DNA of 64,000 nucleotides from Octopus sinensis (Eukaryota): positions 49,414,001 through 49,478,000 of the forward strand of contig NC_043010.1 of the NCBI RefSeq assembly GCF_006345805.1, in the 5' to 3' direction. Below are positions 28,173 to 39,229 of this stretch, piece after piece; position 1 is the first letter of the stretch, and every line of letters starts with the position of its first letter. The notes under the pieces are model-generated. The model made no database searches. It was given only the letters and a program-made list of their open reading frames with translations, and was not told the DNA's origin. The position numbers were made by a program, and so were the translations under genes.

Positions 28173-28919
28173 CTAGCTGAAGAAAGAGGCAGTGCCCATG
28201 GCCTTTGCCAGCCCTCCTAGACTGAAGAAGCTGAAACCCTCAGTGTTTCTCTCTCTCTAAGCAAACACCTGCAGGAAAGATAAGAGTAGGAAGGTAATTC
28301 TCGAGGGCTGACAATGTAGGAAGGAAGGACTGGCTATACTGATTAGTGCATGACCTGGTGGGATTGACTACAAGGATAATAAAGAGAATTGAGTGGGATG
28401 GCAATGCCTGAATGGAGGTGGCATAAAAGCTAGTCAGTTACAATGAGCAAAGGCCAAAACAGTTGCAGCAGAAAAGGCAGATAAAGAGAGAGAGAGATGC
28501 TAGTACTCCTGTGGACAAAAATCAGGAGTTCAGTGAATAACATTTCGTATACTAATACTTATACGGCCCACACTGCAAATTGATTGGATTTATGAGCAGA
28601 GAAAGTGTAAGATTATGAGCTTCCTCTAGTTTTGTCTCATTGAGGACTCTATTCAACGTTTCTCATGTTGGTACCATGAGAAAATGTACTCAGTACTCTC
28701 TACAAAGTGATTGGCATTAAGCAGGCCATCCAACTGGAGAAAGAAGGATGAATAACACACAGGAGTACCAAGACTTTGATAGCAGTTGCTCACAATAGAG
28801 GTGATTTGGACCATGATGGTTTGTTCATTTCATGACAGCATGGAAAGCAGATGTGAAATGATGTTGATGATGGTGATATGTGTGTATGTGTATAAATACA
28901 TACAGATATATACTGATTT

Positions 28920-30670
28920 CAAATTTTGGCACAAGGCCAGCAAGTTTGATGGGAGGGTAGAAGTAGATTACATTGACCCCAGTGTTCAACTGGTACTTAT
29001 TTTATCAACCCAGAAAGGAATAAAGGCAAAGTCAACCCTGGTAGAATCTGAACACAGAATGTAAAGATGGATAAAATGTCAATGAGCATTTTGCCTGGCA
29101 TGTTAACAATTTTGTCAGTTCATTGCCTTATGTACCGATATATATAATTTCTTTTGTAGGAATGATACACCAGAATACTATTAGAATAGGAATAGATTCA
29201 TAAGACTTATGCTTTTCCAAAGGAAACGCATAAACATTATGATAGGGAACTGGCTTCAACTAAGATTGAAACGAGGTTGTAAAATCAGTCAATACTTTTG
29301 AGAAATTGCAGCTAAACTATAATATGAACATTGAAGGTTTCTGATTTAGGTACAAGGTCAGCAGTTTTTTTTTGTTTTTTTGTTTTTTGCGGGGAGGATA
29401 TTAGTCAATTACATGACACCAGTACCTAACTAGTACTTTATTCCATTGGCCTTGGAATGATGGAAAGTAAAGCTGACCTCAATGACACATGAACTCAGAC
29501 AGTAAAGAGCTAGAACAAATACAGTAAATCCCTTGACTATCGCAGGTGTTACGTTCCAAAACCCCCTGCAATAGGTGAAAATCCAAAGTAGAAACAGTAC
29601 TGTACTCTATATTTTATTATTATTATCATTTTTATAATTTGTACTGTATTTAATGGCCTATAAGATGTGTGAGTGCATAGGATGCACCCTAGCCTAGGCT
29701 ATAGTTTTGTAAAATAAATTACCACTAAAATATTTTAATTCCTCCATTTACCTGTATAACTTTATGTTATTACCGGTAATTGTAAGCAATTTATTGCATC
29801 CACATTTGATATAAACATATTGTAGGTGATTGTTCACCAATAGATGGCAGCACACATTTTGTAAACTTACATAACCGCTGATATATAATTTCAGCCAACA
29901 GTCGCGAGTTTTGAGCCTACACTGAGTGCATTGGACGCAAGGGGATTTTTAAAGCTATTTTGGGGATAAAAAAAGGTGCGTCTTATAGGCCATCAAATAT
30001 GGTATATATTTATTTTATTATAAATGCAAAACAACACCATGGAAGAAATGATGTAAGCTTAAATAATAAACTATGATAGGTGAACCCACAATATGGCAAG
30101 AGATTACTGTACCACAATGTAGTTTTCTGAAGTTCTAATGATTCTACCAATTTATGCCTTAATAATAATAATGGTTTCCAATTCTGGCACAAGGCCAGCA
30201 ATTTTAGAGGGGTAAGTCGATTACACCAATCCTAATGTTTAACAGACACTTATTTTATTGACCCTAAAAGGATGAAAGGCAAAGTTGACCCCAGCAGAAT
30301 TTGAAATCCGAGTGTAGACAATTCTTTCTACGGCATTTTGAACTTAGAATGTAAAGTCAGAAGAAATACTGCTAAACATTTTGTTCAGTGCAGTAACGGT
30401 TCTGCCAGGTCACCACCTTAATGATAACAATAATAACAATCCTATATACTGTAGGCACAAAGCCAGCAATTTCTGGGGAAAGGTAAGTCAATTATATCGA
30501 CCTTGGTGCTGAACTGGTACTTATTCTATCAACCCTGAAAGGATGAATGGTAAAAAAAAAAAAAAAAAAAAATCAACCTTTGCAGAATTTGAACTCAATG
30601 TAAACACACAAAAAAAATACTACTAAGCATTTTGTTTAGCATGCTAACAATTCTGCCAGCTCGCTACTTA
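28920..30670 (-). mobile_element. Cluster of SINE family B copies (about 28920-29130, 29345-29520, 30170-30420, 30445-30670)
   Basis: Repeated family B core; copies abut (AAT)n tracts. Confidence 0.8.
29644..30002. mobile_element. TcMar/Tigger-type MITE with TA target duplication, next to another Tigger-like end at 29521-29640
   Basis: TA-ctgtatttaatggcctataagatg at the left; gcgtcttataggccatcaaatatgg-TA at the right (about 25-bp TIR). Confidence 0.75.
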
Positions 30671-32425
30671 AATAATAATAATAATGGCTTCAAATTTGAA
30701 TGATAAAGATGATGACAATGATAATAATAACAGCAGCAACAATAATTATAATATTTTACATTGGAACAGAGCCATAAATTAAGGAGACAGGATAGAGTCG
30801 ATTTAATCTACCTTAGTGGTAGATTGGGATTTATTTTATTGGCTACAGAAGGATGACAGGAAAAGTAAATTTTGATGATGATAAATCATAGTTTCATTTT
30901 TTGAATGTAGGCAAACTATTTGTAAGAGAAAGGGATAAAGGTGATACTAATTATACCATTAGCATTACTGCTATCATTTCATTAACATCAGAGAGGCTGA
31001 CATTGAGAATAAAATACAATAAGAGAATCATAAAGTATTACAAAAAAATGAAAAATTTCCAAATTGAAGCAAATTAGAAAGTTGATATTGATAAAGGAAT
31101 TTTGATAGTTTTTATTTTATTTTATTTTATTTTTTTTAAACATTGATTTATAGGAATTGAAATTTTGTAACGTTCATGTTTCTGCAATCCAAAGAAGACA
31201 AAAAAAAAATGATTAAGAAAATCACCAGAAAGATGGTAATTTCTCACCTTATCTTAAAAAAAAAGTGTTATTAAAAAATATATATATTATGAGAGTTAAA
31301 TCTGAGTTAGGAGGAAGGAAAAGGGGTTATTAAAGCAAGGAAGCAATAAGAAATTAAGTTGATGAGAATATGAGAATATAGGAGCTACTGTAGCAGCTGC
31401 AGTAGCTAAAATGTTTTATGAAGTCCAGAGTATAGATTTAGCAGTGGAATAAAGAGCATCAGAGAGAATTGTAACTATAGAATTGTAGAGATTATGGTGC
31501 TTCAACCAAAACTAGAAGAGGCAGTAGTAGTTTATGCCAAAGCCTTCTTGCTTCGGTGAGTTTCACTTGAAAATCAGGCTCTGATAACCAAGTTGTGATA
31601 CTAAAATAACATTCTGATACTTCTACTACTTCTACTCCTCTGATACAATAATAGCAAGCTAGAGTATTGGACATATAAGCAGATAGCGAAACTGAAGGAG
31701 ATAATTTCTATTTCTGAGAAGGATTTGTTTATGTAACATTGGAACTAATCATAGTAAAAGTATTATTTTTTATTCATTAGTCTGAAAAGCAAGGCAGTCA
31801 GTACCTATCATATTTTGGTAATGGTTACATTTTGGCAACAGTGATTTCTTCTGTAGTCACGATGTAATTGGTTTAGATGAGGGACAGTAAGTGAAAAAGT
31901 GGTGGTTTTAATGCTTCTGCAAGAGTTAGTAAATGTGCAAGTAAAAACATTCCAAACTGGAATAAAAAACCGGGTCATGGACTCTGTTCATTGAAAAATT
32001 TCTACCACCCTATGGCATCCGCATGATAATAACAAGCTGCAGTAAATTTTGCATGCAGATGTGCATATCAACAACACAGACACACATGCACACTTGTATA
32101 CATACACAATGTTTTTTATGTGCACACCACATGTTTCTGGGTGTTAACTTTAAGGGTAAACAGGTTTATTTAGTGAGTCAAATTCTGACACCTAACAATT
32201 TTAGCATCTGTCTATGTTCTCAGAAAACCTATATGAGTCATATAATATATAACCTAAAATATGTATAACGTATGAGCTTTAATGCATGATATATGAAAAC
32301 AAACAAATCCAAGAATGCACTGTACTAGTTATAGATATAACAGTGTGTTTGTGCACATAGGCATCTTATTCAAGTAATGACTGTAACACCATTACAATTT
32401 TTATAGAGCTGTATTGGTAAAATTA

Positions 32426-34702
32426 CACTGGTCAACAGCCAATTTTCATCAGGGATATCAAACGGTGTTTTATGTGTAGTTTTGTCCACAGATTTCAAAA
32501 ATGTAATCGGTTTCCTTCTATCAGGCTCAGTTTTTCTGATGAGATAAGAGAGGTATATAACTCCCATCAGCAGTATCGCTACACGTAAACATCTTATACA
32601 GGTAAATTCTGACTTCGGTTTTATAACTATTTGTATTCATTTTGTAATTTTATGTTTTCATCTTTTCGTTTCATAAATTATACTTTCTGTTTAAGGTGCC
32701 AAGTCATCATCATCATCAAATTCTACTCAGGATGTCAAGGCATTGCAAGAACAGTTCTGATATATTTTGTCAATGTCTGTGGTTCGTTTACCACCAAAGC
32801 TCAGCAACATGCCATCACAAGTGAAATCAAGAAGATCTAGCAGTTATACTTTGGCTGCTCTCTTGGGGATCAAGATAAGAGTTGGGCCCTGCACATCATC
32901 TGCTCAGTTTGTTCAAATGGACTAAGGGATTGGCTAAATAAGAGGAAGAGAGCAATGTCGTTTGCAATACCTATGACATGGAGAGAGCCAAAAGATCATT
33001 TCATGGACTGTTATCTCTGCAACATTGTAGGTTTACTGTAAAGACCAAGCATAAGATTGTGTATTCCAACTTGGAATCAGCAAGAAGACCAGTACCACAC
33101 AACGATGATCCTCCTATTCCAATACCATCAGAAAATGGCCTTCAGATGTCTGATGAAGATATATTTCCTGAAGAAAATACTACTGCTGTGGAAGACACTG
33201 AAGTGGATGCAGATTTCCCAATTGAAAATGAAGACCTACCACTGAAATTTTCTCAAGGAGAGTTAAATGATTTAGTTAGAGACTTGTCATTGTCGAAGGA
33301 TAAAGCTGAACTATTAACATCTCGCCTACAAGAAAAGTGTCTGCTTAAGAAAGATGTTTGTATTACTCATTTCAGAAAGAGAAATAGGGATCTGACTTCA
33401 CACTTCTTTGTTGATGGACCACTTTGTTTCAGTAATAACACTGATTTATTTTGCTGTTTGTTCCAAGAACATGTTCCAGCTGAATGGTACTTATTCATTG
33501 ATTCATCTAAGAGAAGCCTCAAGGCAGTACTACTACACAATGGCAATAAGAAACCATCCATTCCCATAGGACATTCAGTGCACATGAAGAAGTGTTATGA
33601 AAATATGCGAGTACTCCTCAATGCCATAAAGTATACAAACTACAGCTGGAAAACATGTGGAGACTTGAAGGTGATTGGAATGTGGATGGAAATGCAATCT
33701 GGGTTCACGAAATATTGTTGGTTTTTATGCCTATGGGACAGTCGTGCAACTAATAAGCACTATGTTCAATCAGAGTGGCCTTTGCGAAAATCATATGAGC
33801 TGGGAGTTTTTAGCATCCAGAGTAAGCTACTTTTAAACCCAGAAAATGTTCTTCATCCCCCTCTTCACATAAAGCTTGGCTTCATGAAACAATTTGTGAA
33901 GACACTTGCCAGGAAAAGCTCAAAAGGTTTTGAATATGTGAAGACCAAATTTCCAAAACTCACCGAGGCAAAACTGAAGGAGGGTGTGTTCATAGGTCTG
34001 CAGATAAAAGAACTCCTGAAGGACAACCACTTCCTCACAGCACTGGATGAGATTGAGCTTAAAGCCTGAGAATCCTTCAAATGGCTCTGTGAAAATTTCC
34101 TAGGCAACGAGATCTCTAGAGTTTAGAAATGGAGTGAAATGTCATCTAGACTCCTACACTGCAATGGGCTGTCGGATGTCACTAAAATTCCATTTCCTTG
34201 ATTCACATCTGGACATTTTTTGCAGAGAACCTTGGAGCAGTGTCTAATGAGCAAGGGAAACACTTTCATCAAGATATTTGGAATGCAACAATGTTAACTG
34301 ACTACTGTTAGATGTTATACAGGGATGAACCTGAGACAAAACACCATAGAAAGTCCAAATCCCAAAGATTTTAAGTTGTTATACATTTGAGTGTATATTA
34401 ACTTATTTGTACACAAACTGTCCAACCCATGCTAGCATGGAGAACGGACGTTAAACGATGATGATGAATCTTAATTTTGTACAATAAAAAGCCATGAAAT
34501 TATTATATCTTATATTCAATATACTTTATATAGACATGCTTCATATTATCTGCTAAGTTAAAACAGCAGGCATCATTAACATGAAAATGTGACCTGATAG
34601 AGGAAATTGGACTTCTGATTCATAATCAGCATCAAGAATTAACCTAGAAAAGTCAATCAGCAACTCTGATGATTAAAAAAAGTTTCATTTTGTTGACTAG
34701 TG
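32426..34702 (+). mobile_element. Full-length Chapaev3-type (CMC superfamily) DNA transposon, 2277 bp
   Basis: Termini CACTGGTCAACA and TGTTGACTAGTG (11/12 match), TTA on both sides (32423-32425, 34703-34705), subterminal tttcc(t)tctatcagg repeats. CAC-GTG ends and TWA duplication fit Chapaev3 as I recall it. Confidence 0.85.
32732..34374 (+). pseudogene. Disrupted Chapaev3-type transposase
   Basis: MSRHCKNSSDIFC...LGDQDKSWA...WREPKDH...WYLFIDSSKRSLKAVLLHNGN...GDLKV...CLWDSRA...PPLHIKLGFMKQFVK...MGCRMSLKFHFLDSHLD...NLGAVSNEQG. Several stops and frameshifts; the 363-aa ORF 32978-34069 is its middle part. Confidence 0.9.
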
Positions 34703-35935
34703 TTATTAGAACATCACAAAATGCTTTACTCTATTTGTTTTTCAGCTCTTTATATACTGAGCTTATTGTAACAAGATCAATTTTGTCTTTTGTGCTTTTT
34801 TTTTTAATAAAGTACCAATAAAGTACTGAGGTTGATGACATTGACTAACCCACCCTCATCAAAACTGCTGACCCATTAGAAAAAATATTACAAGGATTTC
34901 TTTACCTAAAACATACCTTTATACAAATATAAATAAATATATAAAAAAGTAAAACAACAATTGGTTTGTAGATTAGCTAATCCTTTTGCAAACTACAGTT
35001 GTTTGCATGACTGGGGCTTATTTAAAGTTAATGTAGCATCAAGATGCATAAAAAACTACTTCTCTAATATAGCATGCTAATCTATCACAAGTAGAGCTTT
35101 AAAATTAATTACCAGTTAGGTAAAATAACAAAAGTACAATTAAGTCTCTTGCTCACAAATACAACAAAACACCAGTAGGACATCGACAGGTGAACAAATA
35201 GTTCAGCCTTTATCTACTCAGTTATTTGGTCCACATGCTAATTAGGAGAGTAGTAGGGATAAAGTACATCATTCTTGCATACGCAAGAAAGTTATTGTGT
35301 GTGTGTGTTTAACATCTGCCTTCCATATTGGTATGGGTTAGATGGTTTCAGAGGATCCAGTGAGGCCAGAGGACTGCATTGAGCTCCAATGTCTGTTTCG
35401 GCATAGTTTCTACATCTTGATGCCCCTCCTAGTGTCAATCACTTTACAAAGTGAACTCTGTGTGTGTGTGTGTGTGAGGGAGAGAGACCAGCACTAGTGA
35501 GGTCACCAAACAATCACAAGACAAGGAAAGACACCCCTCCACTGAGTGGGATTGTAGTAGAGAGGGAGTTGGCTTTAAACAAGATAGAGAGAACAAGTAC
35601 AGGTGTCTTGCTATGGGGGGAGATGCATAGCAACTCTGTATTATATAAGGGTGGGAGGGAGTAACTGGAAAGAAGACAATGATGGTGGTTACAAGGTAAA
35701 AGAAAGTACATTCAAGAAACAAGAAGGTGAGTACAAGAGAGAACACAAAGAAATAGGAAGCATGGGTGGATAAGTTCATTAGGGTGTGAGAGGAGAGTGA
35801 CAGGTGGTTAGATATGAATGTCATGAATGGAACAAGGATGGAAGTGTAGTCAATGGTAAATATCAGTATGGAGTGAAATTAAAGAATAGGAGTGGCTCAG
35901 GAAGGAGGGGATGATTTGAGGAATGAGAGAGAGAC

Positions 35936-35986
<51 letters not shown>

Positions 35987-36440
35987 CAGTGATAGAAATT
36001 GATGTCAGAGGTATGTAAGGATGACTATAGTGAGTGGGGAACAAAAAGGGGGATAGGCTGTTGACAGCAGATATGACAGGGATGTGAGAATGATAGCAGA
36101 TAGGAGGTGGTGTTAAAAAGAAGGTAACGGCAGTCCTAAGATGTGCCTCAGACAAAATGGAGAGATAATTGGAGACACAGAGAGGGATGATTAGTGGAAA
36201 ACAAAGTGGGAAGATAGAAATATTAATATTTCTAAATCTTTAAAGGAGACTACGGCAGTGGTACTGGATATTAATAGTTATTGCCAAGCTAACATGGCAG
36301 TCCAGGAAAATTGGACAAATGCTGCCATTGATTAGCTCCAAGAGGCCATCGCCTCTAGCTAGCTATGTGACACACGAACCTCTGTCCACTATAACCTTTG
36401 AACAGGGGAGGTCAGCCACTTCCCCTTGCTGATCTGGCAT

Positions 36441-36481
36441 CTACAGACTAGTTTCGGGGTATTTGCCCCTTATCAATGTAG
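36441..36481 (-). ncRNA. Minimal type I hammerhead ribozyme motif (variant core)
   Basis: Minus strand reads CUACA-UUGAUAA-GGGG caaaua CCCC-GAAA-CUAG-UC-UGUAG: stem I CUACA/UGUAG, stem II GGGG/CCCC, palindromic stem III, GUC triplet. Confidence 0.7.
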
Positions 36482-36735
36482 AGCAGCCGACCCCAGCAAG
36501 CGTTGCTGCTGACCATCTGTTCGAAGGATTATTTACCTAAATTCAGTGGAATACATCCACTAGTTTTCAAAAATAGAAATATTAATAATTCTAAATCTCT
36601 CTAAAGGAGACTACAGCAGCGGTACTGGATACTAATATTTCTATTTTTGAAAACCAGTGGATGTATTCCACTGAATTTAGGTAAATAATCCTTTGAACAG
36701 ACGATCAGCAGCGACGCCTGCTGGAGTCGGCTGCT

Positions 36736-36776
36736 CTACATTGATAAGGGGCAAATACCCCAAAACTAGTCTGTAG
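36736..36776 (+). ncRNA. Inverted copy of the hammerhead motif, probably inactive
   Basis: Same sequence except GAAA is AAAA (G12 position, 36762). Confidence 0.6.
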
Positions 36777-38053
36777 ATGCCAGACCAGCAAGGGGAAGTG
36801 GCTTACCTCCCCTGTTTGAAGGTTATAATGGACACAGGTTCATGTGTCATGTAGCTAGCTAGAAGTAATGGCATCTTGGAGCTAATCAACGGCAGCATTC
36901 GTTCTATTTTCCTGGACTGCCATGTTAGCTTGGCGACAACTATTAATAAAGTGGAGAGAAATGATATAGAAAACGAGGGGTGGATTTTAAAAGAAAGTAA
37001 TACCATGGTAGCACAAAAGGAAATGAAATATATGTATATTCTGTTCTTGTAGATTATAGCAGTTGAATAGAGGCTGTGGTTAGAAGAGTGGGTGGATGAG
37101 TATTAGGAAGGCAAGAGGTAGGGTAGGCTTGACAGGGACAGTTTTTTCCTCAACATGTTTGCACATCCAATGGAGCAGGCTGGTTTCATATCTTTCAAGC
37201 TTCTGCATGTATTCTGCATTCACAGCCCATGCTTCACTACCATGTTGTATTGTTGTTTGTACACAAGCATCATACAATCTACCTTTCACTCTGATAGAAA
37301 GACCTTTTGTTACCAACAGAGGTAATATCTCTCTGAACTTTCTCCATTCTGTTCTTATACTAACAACCTCACCACTGCTAATTATGTCACCTAAGTAACA
37401 GAAACAATTTACAAGCTATCAGGAACTTTCAGGGCATCTGCTATATACAAAGTCTACTTTCTCTTGATATTTCTGCGATTCAGCAGCACCTCTTGCATGT
37501 CCATAGCATGCACTGAGTACATGCATGTAATTTCTACCGACACTGTTCCTATATATTGAGCTGGGCCATTTTTCTAAAGAGAGGAAAGCCCTGTCTGTTT
37601 TCTGCCAACTAGAAAGTAAACTTTCAGGCCCTTTGATTCAAGGTTTTTGCTTCTACACCTGAAATTTCTTTACTAATTTTACTACAGATGCTGCTAAAAG
37701 AAACAGGTCATGAGTAAACAAAAAAAAAAAAAAAACCCAAAAAAAAACAAACAAAAACTGAAAATTAAAATTACTAGTTTTCTTTCGCAATAATGCAATA
37801 ATGTAAGATTCTCTAATAAATTCTAAGACTTGATATTGAGTTTGATTAAAGAAACAGAATAAAATGAGGAAAAGAAAAAAGAAAGAAAGCACTGTCATTC
37901 TTAATATTCAGAATAGTCAATAAGAGAAACATTACTAGCAGCAATTTGTTAAAGCCTCTAACCCCACCCACAGCAGCCAACATTAGAAACCATTCCACTC
38001 AATCAATAGAAATTATTCTTTTGACAGAAGTCTTTTATAGTAGTACTACTCAC

Positions 38054-38167
38054 TTGTATGGCTGTCTTGACAATGACATTAGTTGCGTACCTAATTCCTC
38101 GGTGGCCGAGCTGTAGCACTGTAGAGTAGCTAGCATCTCTTGCATGTGCTAAATAGTCATCTATTTC
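38054..38167 (-). CDS. REEP: REEP1-4-like receptor expression-enhancing protein, internal exon (equivalent to vertebrate REEP1 exon 5)
   Basis: Acceptor ttctttacag, donor CAA|gtgagt, 114 nt, phase 0-0. Translates EIDDYLAHARDASYSTVLQLGHRGIRYATNVIVKTAIQ, matching the REEP1-4 segment [38 protein letters not shown] with the same 38-codon length as I recall it. Paralogue cannot be assigned. Confidence 0.93.
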
Positions 38168-39118
38168 CTGTAAAGAAAAGAAGAAAAAAATGATTAATAA
38201 TAAAGAAAGACAAAAGAATGTTTCCCCACTCCAAATTTTAAAGTAGGGAGAGAGAGAGAGAGAGGGAGGTTCTATTTGAAAATAAAACATTCAAAGCAGG
38301 TGTGTTATGTAAGAGGTAGTAATAGTAGTAGCCAGACAGAATAAACAAAAGAGATTTTTGAGATGAAGCTGTAAAGTAAGGATTCACAGAGAGATATTGA
38401 TATCACTTAGGTAAAGAAACTAAAATTATCAAATAAAAGACAATATTAACTTCAGGAAGACAAAATCCTGAATATAAAGTAGTCTGTGTCCTCAGCTGCA
38501 TAGTTCTAAGTGCAACAGATATTTAGTCTGTATGTATGTATAATTACATAAAGGGTATGTGGTGAAGAAAAGTAGCGTATATATGAATAGAAAAATGACT
38601 AATGACTTAAGGATATGTATAAAGTACTTCATGGATAATTAGTATATACAAGCAACCAGATGGCTAAGACACATTTTGGTGATCTAATTTGAACAACAAA
38701 ATAAAGAAAGGTATTTCAGTTCAAGTCAGAACATAGGAATATAAATATAAACAGAAAATTATTAATATAAATAAACCTCAGACAAAAAAATTGTAATAAT
38801 TCAATGCGATAAATCATACCGCAATTATAAAGTATTCATATATTTAACTATATACACATAGCATATATATATACACACACACAAACACACACAAATATAC
38901 ATAACAGTCAAATATATGTATACATACATTTACAAACACCCACACATATCTATACAATATATATATATATATACACACACATCTAATATATATTTATATA
39001 TATATAAAATTAATCACAAAAAATAAAAAGAGAGAAAACACAGCAACAAAAAAGCAACGACACAAGGACATGGTACATGCAAATTATTACCAGATGCTCA
39101 AGGAAGGAAAGAAAAGTA

Positions 39119-39153
39119 GTTTTATGTTTCGAGCAAAGCTCTTCATCAGAAAC
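39119..39153 (-). ncRNA. Minimal type I hammerhead motif of a second family
   Basis: GUUU-CUGAUGA-A-GAGC uuu GCUC-GAAA-CA-UA-AAAC: perfect core and stems I and II. GAAACAU is probably CpG-decayed GAAACGU. Confidence 0.65.
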
Positions 39154-39229
39154 AGGAGATGGAGAAAAATCCAAGAGGAAAGGGAGAGAGAAGAGAAAAA
39201 AAAAATCGTCAACAATTCACATGTGGTTA

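Larger units (their letters stand above)
36215..36947. mobile_element. Non-autonomous hammerhead-ribozyme element (Penelope pLTR or retrozyme-like): 1.16 monomers plus an inverted monomer
   Basis: 316-bp inverted arms 36269-36584 and 36633-36948, about 27 mismatches by hand count and no indels. 48-bp spacer. Direct repeat 36215-36270 vs 36574-36631 gives a 359-bp period. Flanked by aaagtgggaaga and aaagtggagaga. Confidence 0.8.
35290..37450 (-). mobile_element. RTE-clade LINE 3' portion (ORF2 end, long pyrimidine-rich 3' UTR, tail), interrupted at 36215-36947
   Basis: WRKFREILPLLVTKGLSIRVKGRLYDACV...HGSEAW at about 37155-37400. UTR and tail are homologous to 60040-60950. Confidence 0.75.

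Noticed and set aside
31492-31674. ORF containing LSEPD, reminiscent of an insect REEP segment
   Set aside because: The true next exon is at 24368-24500, and no fitting splice sites are present here.
32978-34069. 363-aa ORF as a novel or domesticated gene
   Set aside because: It is the middle of a transposase whose N- and C-termini are broken by stops and frameshifts, and it lies within TIRs.
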